NCBI GenBank assembly: GCA_964270895.1
Contig: OZ185440.1
Source of the DNA: Podarcis filfolensis
Lineage: Eukaryota
Strand: one strand, 5' to 3'
DNA length: 64,000 nucleotides
Shown: positions 12,126 through 22,834 of the stretch, piece by piece
Layout: each line of letters starts with the position of its first letter
Position numbering within the stretch: the stretch's first letter is position 1
Notes under the pieces: generated by a model
Seen by the model: the letters and a program-made list of their open reading frames with translations, nothing else
What the model was told of the DNA's origin: nothing
Databases searched by the model: none
Program-made: the position numbers and the translations under genes

Positions 12126-12179
12126 GGTAAACTTGGTGTTCCCGGATTACCAGGATATCCAGGAAGACAAGGTCCAAAG
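12126..12179 (+). CDS. COL11A1: COL11A1 exon (~31), 54 nt
   Basis: ttacag|GGTAAA...CCAAAG|gtgaat; [18 protein letters not shown]. Confidence 0.97.
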
Positions 12180-14003
12180 GTGAATTTGCTCTCGTGTTGA
12201 AAAATGTACAGCTTTGGTTAGCAGAATATTCTAGGTTTTTTGTTGTTGTTTTGGTCTTACTTGGAACATCAGTTTAAAGCAAATGCTTGGATAGTCACTT
12301 GTAACTATTAGAAGTCCAAAGGTTATATGCATTTTCCTGACAAAATTGTGAGTCTGGTTCAATGATATAATTCAGTTTTGATGCCCTAATTGTGATGATC
12401 ATTTTGGTAGCCGAAGACATTCATACAGATATGGATCTTGGATTTGGCAGTTTTCTCCATCGGCCACAGTTGCCATGTAAATGAATAACCTACAACTTGA
12501 TGGGTGGTGAGTGTTGTAAATATCAACCGTGTTCACTCATACAACTACTCAAAAGGCATTTGCAATGATATACGTAATGCTCCCCCACGCATCTGGATCA
12601 TTGTTTGTCAAATGATCAGATTTTTAAAAATGTCATTCTGGTTCGTTGGTCCACTTCGCTGGGCATCTTTCTTTGTTTCTGGGTTATAACTTTGTGTAAT
12701 TTACACATCTAGAAAAGGAAAGCACAGACCATTAAGTATTATATGATGCACTGATACAATTAGGTACAAAGTGATGCTCAGCCATAATAAATGTTGCTCC
12801 CCTGCTCCGTGAATTTATGTCATTATACATCAAATTATTATAATTTTTTTATAAAAGAAAGAAAGCAGAGAACCGTAATCACTGTGTTCATACTGGATTT
12901 TATGCATTGTTCTAGTTCTTATGCAACAATTTGTACTCATGTGATTGCATTTGGAAGTCATCCGTGGAGCAAGCACACATGAAAACCTTAAAATCAGAAT
13001 GGGTAGCCTAATTTTTCCCTTTAGGAGAATCCTAAGTCACAATATCATGTCTGCTCTGGAAAGACGATATAGGCAAATAGTTTTGATGTAAGTTCTCCAC
13101 AGGTTAAGTGCTTCCAGGATGCTTCCCCAGAGCTTAGAATAGCTTATCAGACTCAGCCCCTCTGTGTGATTTCAGATGTGAGTCCATGAGAGTTTTTGTG
13201 TTTACTTGGGGCAGTCCTACAGGATATTCTCCACCACATGTCCCATTGAAATAAGCAAAAAGACTGAAACCGTGGTTGGATCCATATCCTTGATAAAGGG
13301 TAGCATTATCTGCAAAAGGGAATATGCATTTTTTATGCTGTTCCCAATTTGTGATTAACAAGGAATCTGTACAACTTTTTTGACAGTGCAATGCATGTAA
13401 AAAAACAAAAAACCCTGTCATCTTCTGGGATTAACAACTTGAACAACTATCTAGGGGTCCCCCCCAACATGTTTACATTGTGTAAGGTATCATTGCCAAT
13501 ACATTTTAGAAAAGTATTACTTTAAATTGTAAAGTAACATTGATTTTTCTTAGCTTTTTAAAATATTGGGTCTGTGCTTATTTTGCTTTTTTTTCCATTT
13601 CACCTGAGTGAATTCCAAGGTGTTTCGTTTTTTCAGTAAACACTCTGTGTTAATGCGATATAGGGTTACTGCTAAGGAAAGTGTTCATCAAGAATTCAGA
13701 AGTAGGTCTTTGATGCACCTGCCTTTTAACCTAAACGTCTGAGATTGCAGTCTCTCTCCCTCCCCATCTCTCTCCCTTGTCTGTCAATGCCTCAAAACTC
13801 TATTTGGAAATTTCTTAAGATCAAAGAGATCTTACTTTATTCAGAAGCATGAACACAAATGACATGCACGAACGTCAAAGAAAATGCGTGGCCTTCCTCT
13901 CACAAAACAGAGATGTTGGCATGAATTTTACTAAGCTGAGTCTTCATTATACTAAAAATGGAATTAGTTTGCAAGCCATATTCAGCTTCAAATTCTTTCA
14001 GTA

Positions 14004-14218
14004 CAGTACCTCGGACGCTTCAGGTTATGTGTTTTCGGGTTGCGCACCGGAATGGGTTACTTCCTGGTTTCGGCGCTAGCGCATGCACAGAAGCACTAAA
14101 TCGCTTTTTGCACATGTGCAGAAGCGCCGAATCGTGACCTGCACGTACACAGATGCGGCGTTGTGGGTTGCGAACGTGCATCCCACATGGATCATGTTCG
14201 CAACCCTAGTTTCCACTG
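14004..14218. mobile_element. Tc1/mariner (Tigger-like) MITE, second subfamily
   Basis: TA|CAGTACCTCGG...TTCCACTG|TA; internal gcgcatgcacagaagc motifs shared with the copy at 56449-56669. Confidence 0.75.
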
Positions 14219-14690
14219 TATTGGCATTAGATTAGAAGGATGGCTGCAGGAACTCCCAATCTTCTGGTTCTGCTCTACTGAGTGGCTGCAGTGTCAGAGC
14301 TGTGCCATTTAAGTTGCAGTCCATTGGTCACCTGCCATCAGCAGTCAAAAGCTTGAGAATAGCAGTAGAAGCAAAAGCTCAGAAACAATGGCCTTGGCAA
14401 GCTGGCTGCCATCATGATGACATTTGACAATGATGCCCGACATAACCATGATGGCCCTGTATGCTCAAAACCACACCTTCTCCTGTTGCCCTCATCACTC
14501 TAGAGCCATTTCATATTTCCCAGAATGCTTTTCCTCAGAATGCTTGGAATGGGGGTGGGGGAGCGGCAATGGCTTTTGTGTGTGTATGGCAGTCCAGTGA
14601 TGCTGCATATAGAGGAAGAAAACAATGGCTGTTGAGAGAGAAGGAGTGTTGTTGCCACAGCTGCCTGTGATATTGCCCCCACTAATGCAT

Positions 14691-15048
14691 GGAACACGGG
14701 TGGCGCTGTGGTCTAAACCACTGAGGCTCTTGGGCTTACCGATCAGAAGTTTGATGGTTCTAATCCCTGCGACGGGGTTAGCTCTCGTTGCTCTGTCCTG
14801 GCTTCTGCCAACCTAGCAGTTCAAAAGCATCACTGTGGCGGGAAGGTAAACAGTGTTTCCGCGCATGCTGGTTTCCATCACGGTGTTCCGTTGTGCCAGA
14901 AGTGGTTTAGTCATGCTGGCCACATGACCCAGAAAGCTGTCTGTGGACAAACGCTGGCTTCCTCAGCCTGAAAGCGAGATGATCGCTGCAACCCCATAGT
15001 TGCCTTTGACTGGACTTAACTGTCCTGGGGTCCTTTTCCTTTACCTTT
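14691..15048 (+). mobile_element. Sauria SINE (second subfamily)
   Basis: ggaacacgggtggcgctgtggtctaaacc...gctgtctgtggacaaacg...cctttacc; shares its central variant with the copy at 50549. Confidence 0.9.
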
Positions 15049-15367
15049 TTGGCCAACACCAAACAACAATGAAGGAAAGAAATTCCACTATTACATCTAA
15101 AGGTACGCCCATCCCACTGGAAGCAAATTCAGCTACCCCCCCCTCCTGAGTTTTGTGTAATCATTCCATTTTTCAGGTACTGATTTAACTTCTGCTTGGA
15201 GGAAAACCACCCATATTTTAATTTCTGTGATTTTCTCAGCCCTAATATATAGTAGTCCTGATGCTTAAGATGAAGGGGGCCAAAGCTTTTCACTAATCAA
15301 ATGCCTTCAGTGCATGTTATTGCCTACAGCTCTGGTATAACATCAAGGCTTGCACAATAGACTAATC

Positions 15368-15616
15368 CATGGGTAGGCAAACTAAGGCCCAGGGGCTGGA
15401 TCCGGCCCAATCACCTTCTAAATCCAGCCCGTGGACGGTCCAGGAATCAGCATGTTTTTACATGAGTAGAATGTGTCCTTTTATTTAAAATGCATCTCTG
15501 GGTTATTTGTGGGGCATAGGAATTCATTCATTCCCCCCCCTCAATATAGTCCGGCCCCCCACAAGGTCTGAGGGACAGTGGACCGGCCCCCTGCTGAAAA
15601 AGTTTGCTGACCCCTA
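15368..15616. mobile_element. hAT (Charlie-like) non-autonomous element
   Basis: Ends CATGGGTAGGCAAAC / GTTTGCTGACCCCTA; 8-bp TSD GACTAATC / GACTAGTC (1 mismatch). Confidence 0.8.
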
Positions 15617-17104
15617 GACTAGTCAATGGGCCCCATCCCATACTTGTTATGTAGCTACCGAACTGATCTGAATATAAGCCACCCCAGTTTATCCACTGAC
15701 AACAACATGATTATAGGTCCCACTCAGGTGGCTCCTATAGCAAAACAGGTCTGGGTCTGGAAATTCATCATAAAGAATTAGAAGCTCCCCTTCTCCAAAA
15801 AAAACAAAAACCAAACCCGACCAAAACACCCAGACAGAAGAAGTATATTAGAATTGTAGTAATAGTTGCAGGGCCACTTAGGAGTCACTACAGCAGATCT
15901 CAGGGTGGCTGTCAGTGCTGGGCACCTTCTTTCTTCCCACGCTACTCCTGTTGCCTCCCGGGCCAACTCTACATCTTAATCAGCAGCAGCAATGGCAGCA
16001 GCAGATCCCCAGGCCAGTCGAGCAGAAAGTGGTAGCCAGTAGTGGTGGCAGGTGGCCTGGGGATCTGGATCCTGGTGGCAGGTGGCAGGTGCCCCAAGAC
16101 TGGCAGGCAGAAGAGCCAGTAGATCTGGGGACTGCTACTGCAGCCTGTTTTGGCTGCCCCTCTCCAGTTTACCTAGGCTGCCCATCCAGTGCCGCTCATC
16201 ATGCTGCAGGTCACAGCGCCATCTATTGGCAGCCATGTGAACTAATGTGTGATGACAGACAAATACAAATATATAGACAGAGATATTTGCAATGATTATG
16301 TTGGTTGTTAATGTCCTTTTCCTCAATTGCCCATGGAAATTGGATAACGTAAACTCTTTTGCAGCAGTAACAAAAATATCTCCTAGGAGTAGAATACTGC
16401 AAGTTAATGTCTGAGCACAAATATTTTTTATCAGTCTTCCTATTGTTCCATGCCAAAACCCAATTATTATCATCCAGCAAGTATTATCTCATATAGTCAT
16501 TCAGAAAATAAATTGCTTACAATTATTTCTTAGTATTTCTACAAGTTTCATCTAGTAGCCATTTTTGTTGAAGGGGCTGTTTCAACAATTACTGAAATGA
16601 GACATTGGAAACATTTTTCCAAATGAAATTGTCATTATTGTCAAATAGACTTTCTTCTGCCTTCATCAGTGTTATGGACACTGTTTTTAAATTACCAGAA
16701 AAGCAGGTCTGGTTTGTACATCTAAAACTAATCCAAAACCAAGAAAAAAATTGAATGTCTATTTTATAGGTGTGTTCACTTGAACATACAGACATGCATG
16801 CATGAACTGACATAATGGAATTTATGAACTTAGGGTAGTAGCAGCCAACTGAGTTTTCTACTCAGTGTAGACCCATTGAAATCATTGTATGCAAGTTAGT
16901 CATATCCATTAATTTCATCAGGTCTGCTATGATTAGAACCATCACTGGATGCAACTCTTAATCACTGGAAACTCGTTTTCTTTTATGGTTAAAATGGTGC
17001 TATTTGTTCTAAAAGCACCTTTCTGTGGAGCACCTGCTCTCTATTTGATATTTTGTCCACATTGTTCAGACTGATGACAACAAGTTTGTTTTCTCCACCT
17101 CCAC

Positions 17105-17990
17105 TAAATTTTATTAAAGTTTGAAAGAAATTATAGGAGGGGTTAATATAATATATTTGTCAGGGAACTGCCATCGGAGCCAGAGGCGGAAGCAAGGCTC
17201 CCAAGCGATGCTGGAGAAGGGCCCAGCAGGGAGAGAGACAGCTCATCGGCTGGGGAAGGAAATCAGCGTAACACCAGGGATAAAGGGGGGCAGATGGGGG
17301 AATCGGCGAGGGGGCTCCAGGACTCCTCGCCGGAGACCAACGGGGAGAGCACGGGTCCTCCGCTACCCACACCCACCCTGCGCAGAAGACTTCCGCGCAG
17401 GGAGAGTAGGCGGAGACTTGGCGTCAAAGAACTTTTGTGCTGGAAGAGGTTCAAGAAACGCCCACTGACGGATTCTGCTAGCGACTGAAACAGCCACGAA
17501 GTGAAGGGCTGTCCAGACAGAAAAGGTTTAACCAGGCAGCCTAGCCAGGAGTGGCGGCAACTTACGCACGAGCAACCCCTATAACCATTACAATATTGAA
17601 TATATTTTTTATCAAAAATAAAGAAAACTAATCTAAATAAAAACACAAACCAGAAATAGGAAAAGGAAAACAAAAAGGAAGAAAGAGAAAAGAAAAAAAG
17701 AGAACATCAGATTCATCATTGGTCAGCTATATATAGAAAATTATTCAAAACATCCACTCCAAGTTAACACCCAACAATGCCACTTTCTGTACATGAATAT
17801 TTCCTTTGATCCTCAAACCCAGATATCATAGGTTCTTTTTATTTTTCATGCAGTCTACAAGGAGTTTCAACTTTTAGTAAATATTGACAGTGATTTTTCT
17901 CTGATTAAACACATCAGCTTTACAGACTGGTGACAGCCTGATTGTAATGGACATGCTTTTGACCTTTTCGAGAATTCTGTAGGTCTTGTT
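17105..17990 (-). mobile_element. L1-like 3' end fragment (antisense), interrupted by a solo LTR
   Basis: Minus strand encodes a KLMCLIREKSLSIFTK remnant resembling a squamate L1 ORF2 C-terminus, followed by a T-rich 3' UTR; ctaaataaaaacacaaacc recurs near 26548. Confidence 0.55.
17158..17592 (+). mobile_element. Solo LTR (Gypsy-type), 435 bp
   Basis: TGTCA...TTACA termini; exact 5-bp TSD ATATT (17153-57 and 17593-97); GC- and CpG-rich. Confidence 0.85.
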
Positions 17991-19088
17991 TCCACTTGAT
18001 AATGTGTGATATATAATGTGGTGTGACTGGAACTCAACTCAGGGAATGGAACTTCCACTCCTCTGCCCTCTCGCCAGACCTGCTGCAGATGGTATCTCAA
18101 CTCTCTGGAGCAGATTTTGATGATGCACAGAGGATGGAATGAGAAGTTGTGTGGTGCTAGCAGAAGTCCATTCTTCTGGAGGGTGTCTTCAGCTAGATAT
18201 CACCCAGTGACTTGGGGCAGGATTGACCTAATGAGCCCTGTCACTAGAAGCCCTGCTGAAGGACTTCCACCAGTGCAACAGACCCTCTCCCCTTCTTATT
18301 CCCTTCACCTAGAGAAGTTGGCTCTGAGCACATGGGAGAAGAGAGGAGAGTGGTCATTCCATCTGGCAAGCTTTAGCGCTTGGGCAGATGGAAAGACTGG
18401 AAAAGCACAGCAATGAATCCCACCCTCTGCTTGTCGTAAGGTTGCTTGGGGTGTTGTTGTTGTTTTTAACTGTACCACTCTTGATGTTTTAATGCATTCC
18501 GGACATGAAGCATTTTGGTAAGCTACCAGACCGCCATCTATTAATAACCATTTCCACATCAATTGCTTCAACTGAATAGTATAATGTGTTATATTGCTAC
18601 ACACTATGTAGCTTTCATGTTGTTGTTGTTGTTGTTGTTTTGTGTGATGTCTAGGAAAAAAATATTTTATAAACTACTGTAATTCATAGTGTGTCAATCT
18701 GTTGCTATTCTTTCTGGTTGGTGGGCATGCAGAAATGGGCCTTTTCTCTGTTGATCCTACAATTATGGAATATGATTCTGAGTGAGGCCAGGCAAGGCTG
18801 ATCCCTCGGCGTGGGCCTGAAAGACTTAGCTTTTCACCATGGACTTTAGGAGTTAGTCATGACCTGTGTTGTAGAAATGGTTTTGTGATAATGGGCCATA
18901 CACCCAGTTATTGTTATTGCATGCTTTATGTTGGCTTTAAACGTTTTTTTGAAGGATACAGACTTTTAATATATAAAGCACTTGAGGGGGCGGGTGCTCC
19001 CCCCCCATAAAAAGCAACTTAGAAGTTTATTCAATATCTAAGTAGGCTTTGAGTAAACCATATAACTGTGTGTCCTCCTCCCTTACAG

Positions 19089-19142
19089 GGCTCAACTGGG
19101 TTCCCTGGATTTCCGGGTTCCAACGGAGAGAAAGGCGCAAGG
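19089..19142 (+). CDS. COL11A1: COL11A1 exon (~32), 54 nt
   Basis: cttacag|GGCTCA...GCAAGG|gtatga; GSTGFPGFPGSNGEKGAR. Confidence 0.97.
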
Positions 19143-19794
19143 GTATGATATAATATTCTTCTTAACGTGTTTTATTAATATGCGGAACTCATTGCTAAGT
19201 GAATTCAAAGGACAGGCAGGATTGGGAATTTAACTGCTAATGCAATAAGAACATTGTACATTCTTGATAGCAACCAAAAGAAATAAGGAATAAGAAGACT
19301 GTTGCTCAACAAGATTAAATAGTAATTTCCCCACAAGGAAATCTATTCACCAGCTTCCCATTATCAGAACAACGTGCAGCTCCATAGCAGCAGTGGCTCC
19401 CCATTAATTCTGTTATTCACAAGTGTTCAGTGAAACAGTGAGATGTAGCTACAAGCTGCTGGCCCTGTTCACACAGTACATACGTCAATGGATATATATT
19501 TTTCCTATACTTGCCCAAAAGCGGATAAATAAGATGTAATCTGAGGGTCAAAATGCATGTTGTTAAATATGTCTTTATATTTAATGAAGAGATTTTTTTA
19601 AAAGAAAAATGAAAGTAATATCATCTGGAGGCTGCGGATCACATGAGGATCACATCAGACATGTAGCATCAGTTTAACACTTTCTTCCCTTGTTGAAAGC
19701 CCTTCCTATGGAACTGGTATTTGCTTTTGGGGAAATCCCAGAGAGAGAGAGAGGCTAACTTGCAGTTAGTTTCGTTATTAAGGAAAGGAAGAAA

Positions 19795-19918
19795 AAAACA
19801 CTGGTTAGAGCATGGTGCTGATAATGCCAAGGTTGCAGACAACTGCATATTCCTGCATTGCAGGGGGTGGACTACATGGTCCTCAGGGTCCCCTCCAACT
19901 CTATAGTTCTATGATTCA
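19795..19918 (+). mobile_element. tRNA-derived SINE with CR1-type tail
   Basis: ggttagagcatggtgctgataatgccaaggttgcag...gcattgcagggggtggacta...ttctatgattc; same family as 3219. Confidence 0.8.
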
Positions 19919-19935
19919 ATGAAAGGCAAAGCCCC

Positions 19936-20424
19936 CATGGCGATCACACAGCGCCCCCAGACATTTGACGGTCTATTGACCCTGTGCCACCACTGTGATT
20001 GCTTTCTTCGCTGCCACCAACCCATTTCTCCTCATGGGTAATCACGGAGTCCAGACAGTTGTTAACATTAACAAACAATCAAGTTTATTTATAGGCATGA
20101 ACAAGCTTATGGTTTCAGTTAATTTTTCTTAGCAGTTTCTTAATCCTAGTTCCGTAACTGTTCTATGCATTCCTAACAACTTCAAACTGATCATTCCAAC
20201 TATCTATCTGACTCCACCTAACAATTCCTCTCACTCCCTCACCTCACAACTCGACCAACCCACAGACTTAACCTCCCTCTTCCTTCTTCAACTCCCAACT
20301 CTCAACCAACTTTCACACAACACCGACTCTCACTCTAACTCCTCCTATCAGTTTCCACTGGCCAATCACATCACACTCATTTTTAACCCTTTCCTTGTGA
20401 CCCACCTAGGAGGCAAACGCCACA
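19936..20424 (-). mobile_element. Solo LTR, about 490 bp (antisense), nested in another LTR remnant
   Basis: Right end CGCCACA and degenerate left end CATGGCG, flanked by CCCC on both sides; AATAAA on the minus strand (gtttatttat near 20083). Confidence 0.65.
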
Positions 20425-20929
20425 CCCCCTAATGAAGAAGTTCCTCAAACTGGCTTGCATCCCCTCCTTTGCTCTCTAGTTTTCTGAGCCAGGGCTCCTC
20501 CCCTGTAATCTTCTGCTACAGGGAGCCCCAGAAAGCCTCTTTCTGTGCCTGTCTGGCTCATTGCTTGGCAATATGTATCAATCCTTCACATTCTAGGAGC
20601 AATTGGGGCCAGAGAACCTTCGGCAGAGAAACTGTCATGATGGAGCTACAGGAGAGATGTAGAGTCTGGTTCTCCTCTGTTGTCTCTGTCGGAGCCTGCA
20701 TCCAAACTGGAAACCTCCCCTCCCTGTCCTGTGCTGGGCCACTTGCCTGCTTCTGCCTCTTTGTGATCCTTCAAGCTTCCTCCTTTTAGTAGCTTCCAGC
20801 TTGTCCCCTCCTCTGAGGTGTGGCTGGTATCCCACCACCAGGATCCAGAATCTAAATCATCACCTTCTGTGTTTTCCCTGGGGGGCTCTTGGCCTCCACC
20901 ATTCTTCCTCATCCAGCCAATCCCTGACA
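20425..20929 (-). mobile_element. Gypsy-type LTR remnant (antisense)
   Basis: Minus strand begins TGTCAGGGATTGGCTGGATGAGGAAG, the same TGTCAGGGA start as the 17158 LTR; purine-rich body; other end not found. Confidence 0.6.
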
Positions 20930-22431
20930 CCAGCTCATCCTATTTTATTTTATTTTTTAAAAAGAAAGAAAAAATGCAGTTAATGCAAAGATGCATTTAT
21001 TTCCACATCTGGCTCAGTTGAAAAAGCGTTATGTCTGAAGTGACAGGGAAGCAAAATGAAGGTGTCATTATACCTGTGACGATCGCCTCCACTCAATCAA
21101 GTCCCCCCAAGATGCTGCAGTCATCTAATGATGAATAGAAATCTGGGAAGCAGCCCTTTGTCTGATGGAAAAGTATAAGTAAAGAAGGAAATAAATAAAG
21201 CTTTGACAGTTTCACCAGAGGCACTTGAACATGGGATCATATGCCATCATATGCTGGGTGGGATGCCATCACCTTTTCCCTTAAGCATCTGGGTCTGGTA
21301 AGAATACTGTATACTTATACAGTGGGGGAGGAAGGGAGAAAACAAGAGAGATTTCTTCCTATATTCTGTGAATTATCCAGCTAGACTGCAATCTATCCTC
21401 AGGGGGATTTCTCTGGCATCTTCTATGCATTCTAATTCCCCAGGACTCTTTTCATATACAGAACCAAACCACCCCAAAACAATTTGTGGTTGAAGCGGCA
21501 AATCAACAGCAAGGATGCTGAAGAATACATATTTAAGTGGATGTAGAAAGTCAAGACATAGCTGCTTTGTTTATTTGAAGCTGGTGTGTGGAATTTATAA
21601 TGCAGAGTCTGCAAGCTCTAGAAGGTCACTGCATCACTTTCTATAAAGCTCAACTGGACGTGGCTGATCACTTGTGGTTGAAATGTGATGAAGTTATCAA
21701 AGGGGAAAGGATGGCTTGGAAATGGTGCTTGATGGCAGCTTAGTGTGCCATTAAGTAAAACTGAAGTAATGTATATCATTACTCTGCCGACCACTACATT
21801 TTATGAAGCAGAAAAACAGGCGTGCAGATTCACCAGTTAAAATCTGAAACTGATGAGAGACAATTGTATTTCCAGCGTTCTCAACAAGCTTCCTTACTAT
21901 ACTCCCCCCTCCTCCAACTGATTACTGCAGTGAATAGATTTACAACTAGGAAATGCAAACAGTAGCTTCCAAGATGTGGTTTTCCTGGGCCTATGGCAAG
22001 GAGAGAAAGAGTTAAACTCCTTCACCTCTCCCTGCTGCCCCTCCTGTCGCCCCAAGAGTGCTCAGGCGGCGGAGGCAGGGGGTGGGTTGCAGGGGAGAAG
22101 GGGAAGGGTTAAGCACTCGCTGCAATATACCCAATCTCTCCTGCGAATGCTCCCTGCTCCCATGTGAGCATGGCAAGACAAACCTGGGTTGCGGCGTGTT
22201 TCCCTTATGACTTGTAATTCTGCCCTTTAAGAAGAGAGATAAATATTTGAAGAAGCTATTTATGAAAACTTAAAATGCAAGGCAAGTCGTCAGATGTCCT
22301 GTGTAGCTTTTGATCCTGTAGTAGAGTTCTGCTGTGCCCTTTTGAAGTAGCAAAACCACTTTCTCGACCAAAAAACGAAAACACCCCTCCATCGAACGAT
22401 AAGATTAATTTGTGTGAACTTTCTTTGGCAG

Positions 22432-22476
22432 GGCTTGCACGGAAAACCTGGCCCAAGGGGACAGCGAGGACCAACT
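22432..22476 (+). CDS. COL11A1: COL11A1 exon (~33), 45 nt
   Basis: ttggcag|GGCTTG...CCAACT|gtacgt; [15 protein letters not shown]. Confidence 0.96.
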
Positions 22477-22641
22477 GTACGTACTGTGCATTTTTTCTAC
22501 ACCTCCCCTTTAATGTTATCTCATGCACTTCCATATTAATTGCTATCCTGGCCATATTCAGAAGGTTGCCTTTATATCCTTTGCCGCTGTAGCACACGAT
22601 AATAAAAAATAACGAATTGCATATCTTTTGTGACTCAATAG

Positions 22642-22695
22642 GGACCACGTGGGTCAAGAGGCCCGAGAGGCCCAACTGGGAAACCTGGCCCCAAG
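22642..22695 (+). CDS. COL11A1: COL11A1 exon (~34), 54 nt
   Basis: tcaatag|GGACCA...CCCAAG|gtaact; [18 protein letters not shown]. Confidence 0.97.
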
Positions 22696-22789
22696 GTAAC
22701 TTGACCGAATCGAGGAAGCAATTTCACGTCTAGCTCTTCCTCTTAATGAAAGCGTGCATTTCATCTCTGAACGATTTGCTCTTTTCCAG

Positions 22790-22834
22790 GGCACGGCTGG
22801 CAGTGACGGACCCCCTGGCCCACCAGGTGAAAGG
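22790..22834 (+). CDS. COL11A1: COL11A1 exon (~35), 45 nt
   Basis: tttccag|GGCACG...GAAAGG|gtaggc; [15 protein letters not shown]. Confidence 0.97.

Noticed and set aside
15915-16295. 126-aa Gln/Trp-rich ORF
   Set aside because: A by-product of GC-rich low-complexity repeats; no true ATG start and no splice context
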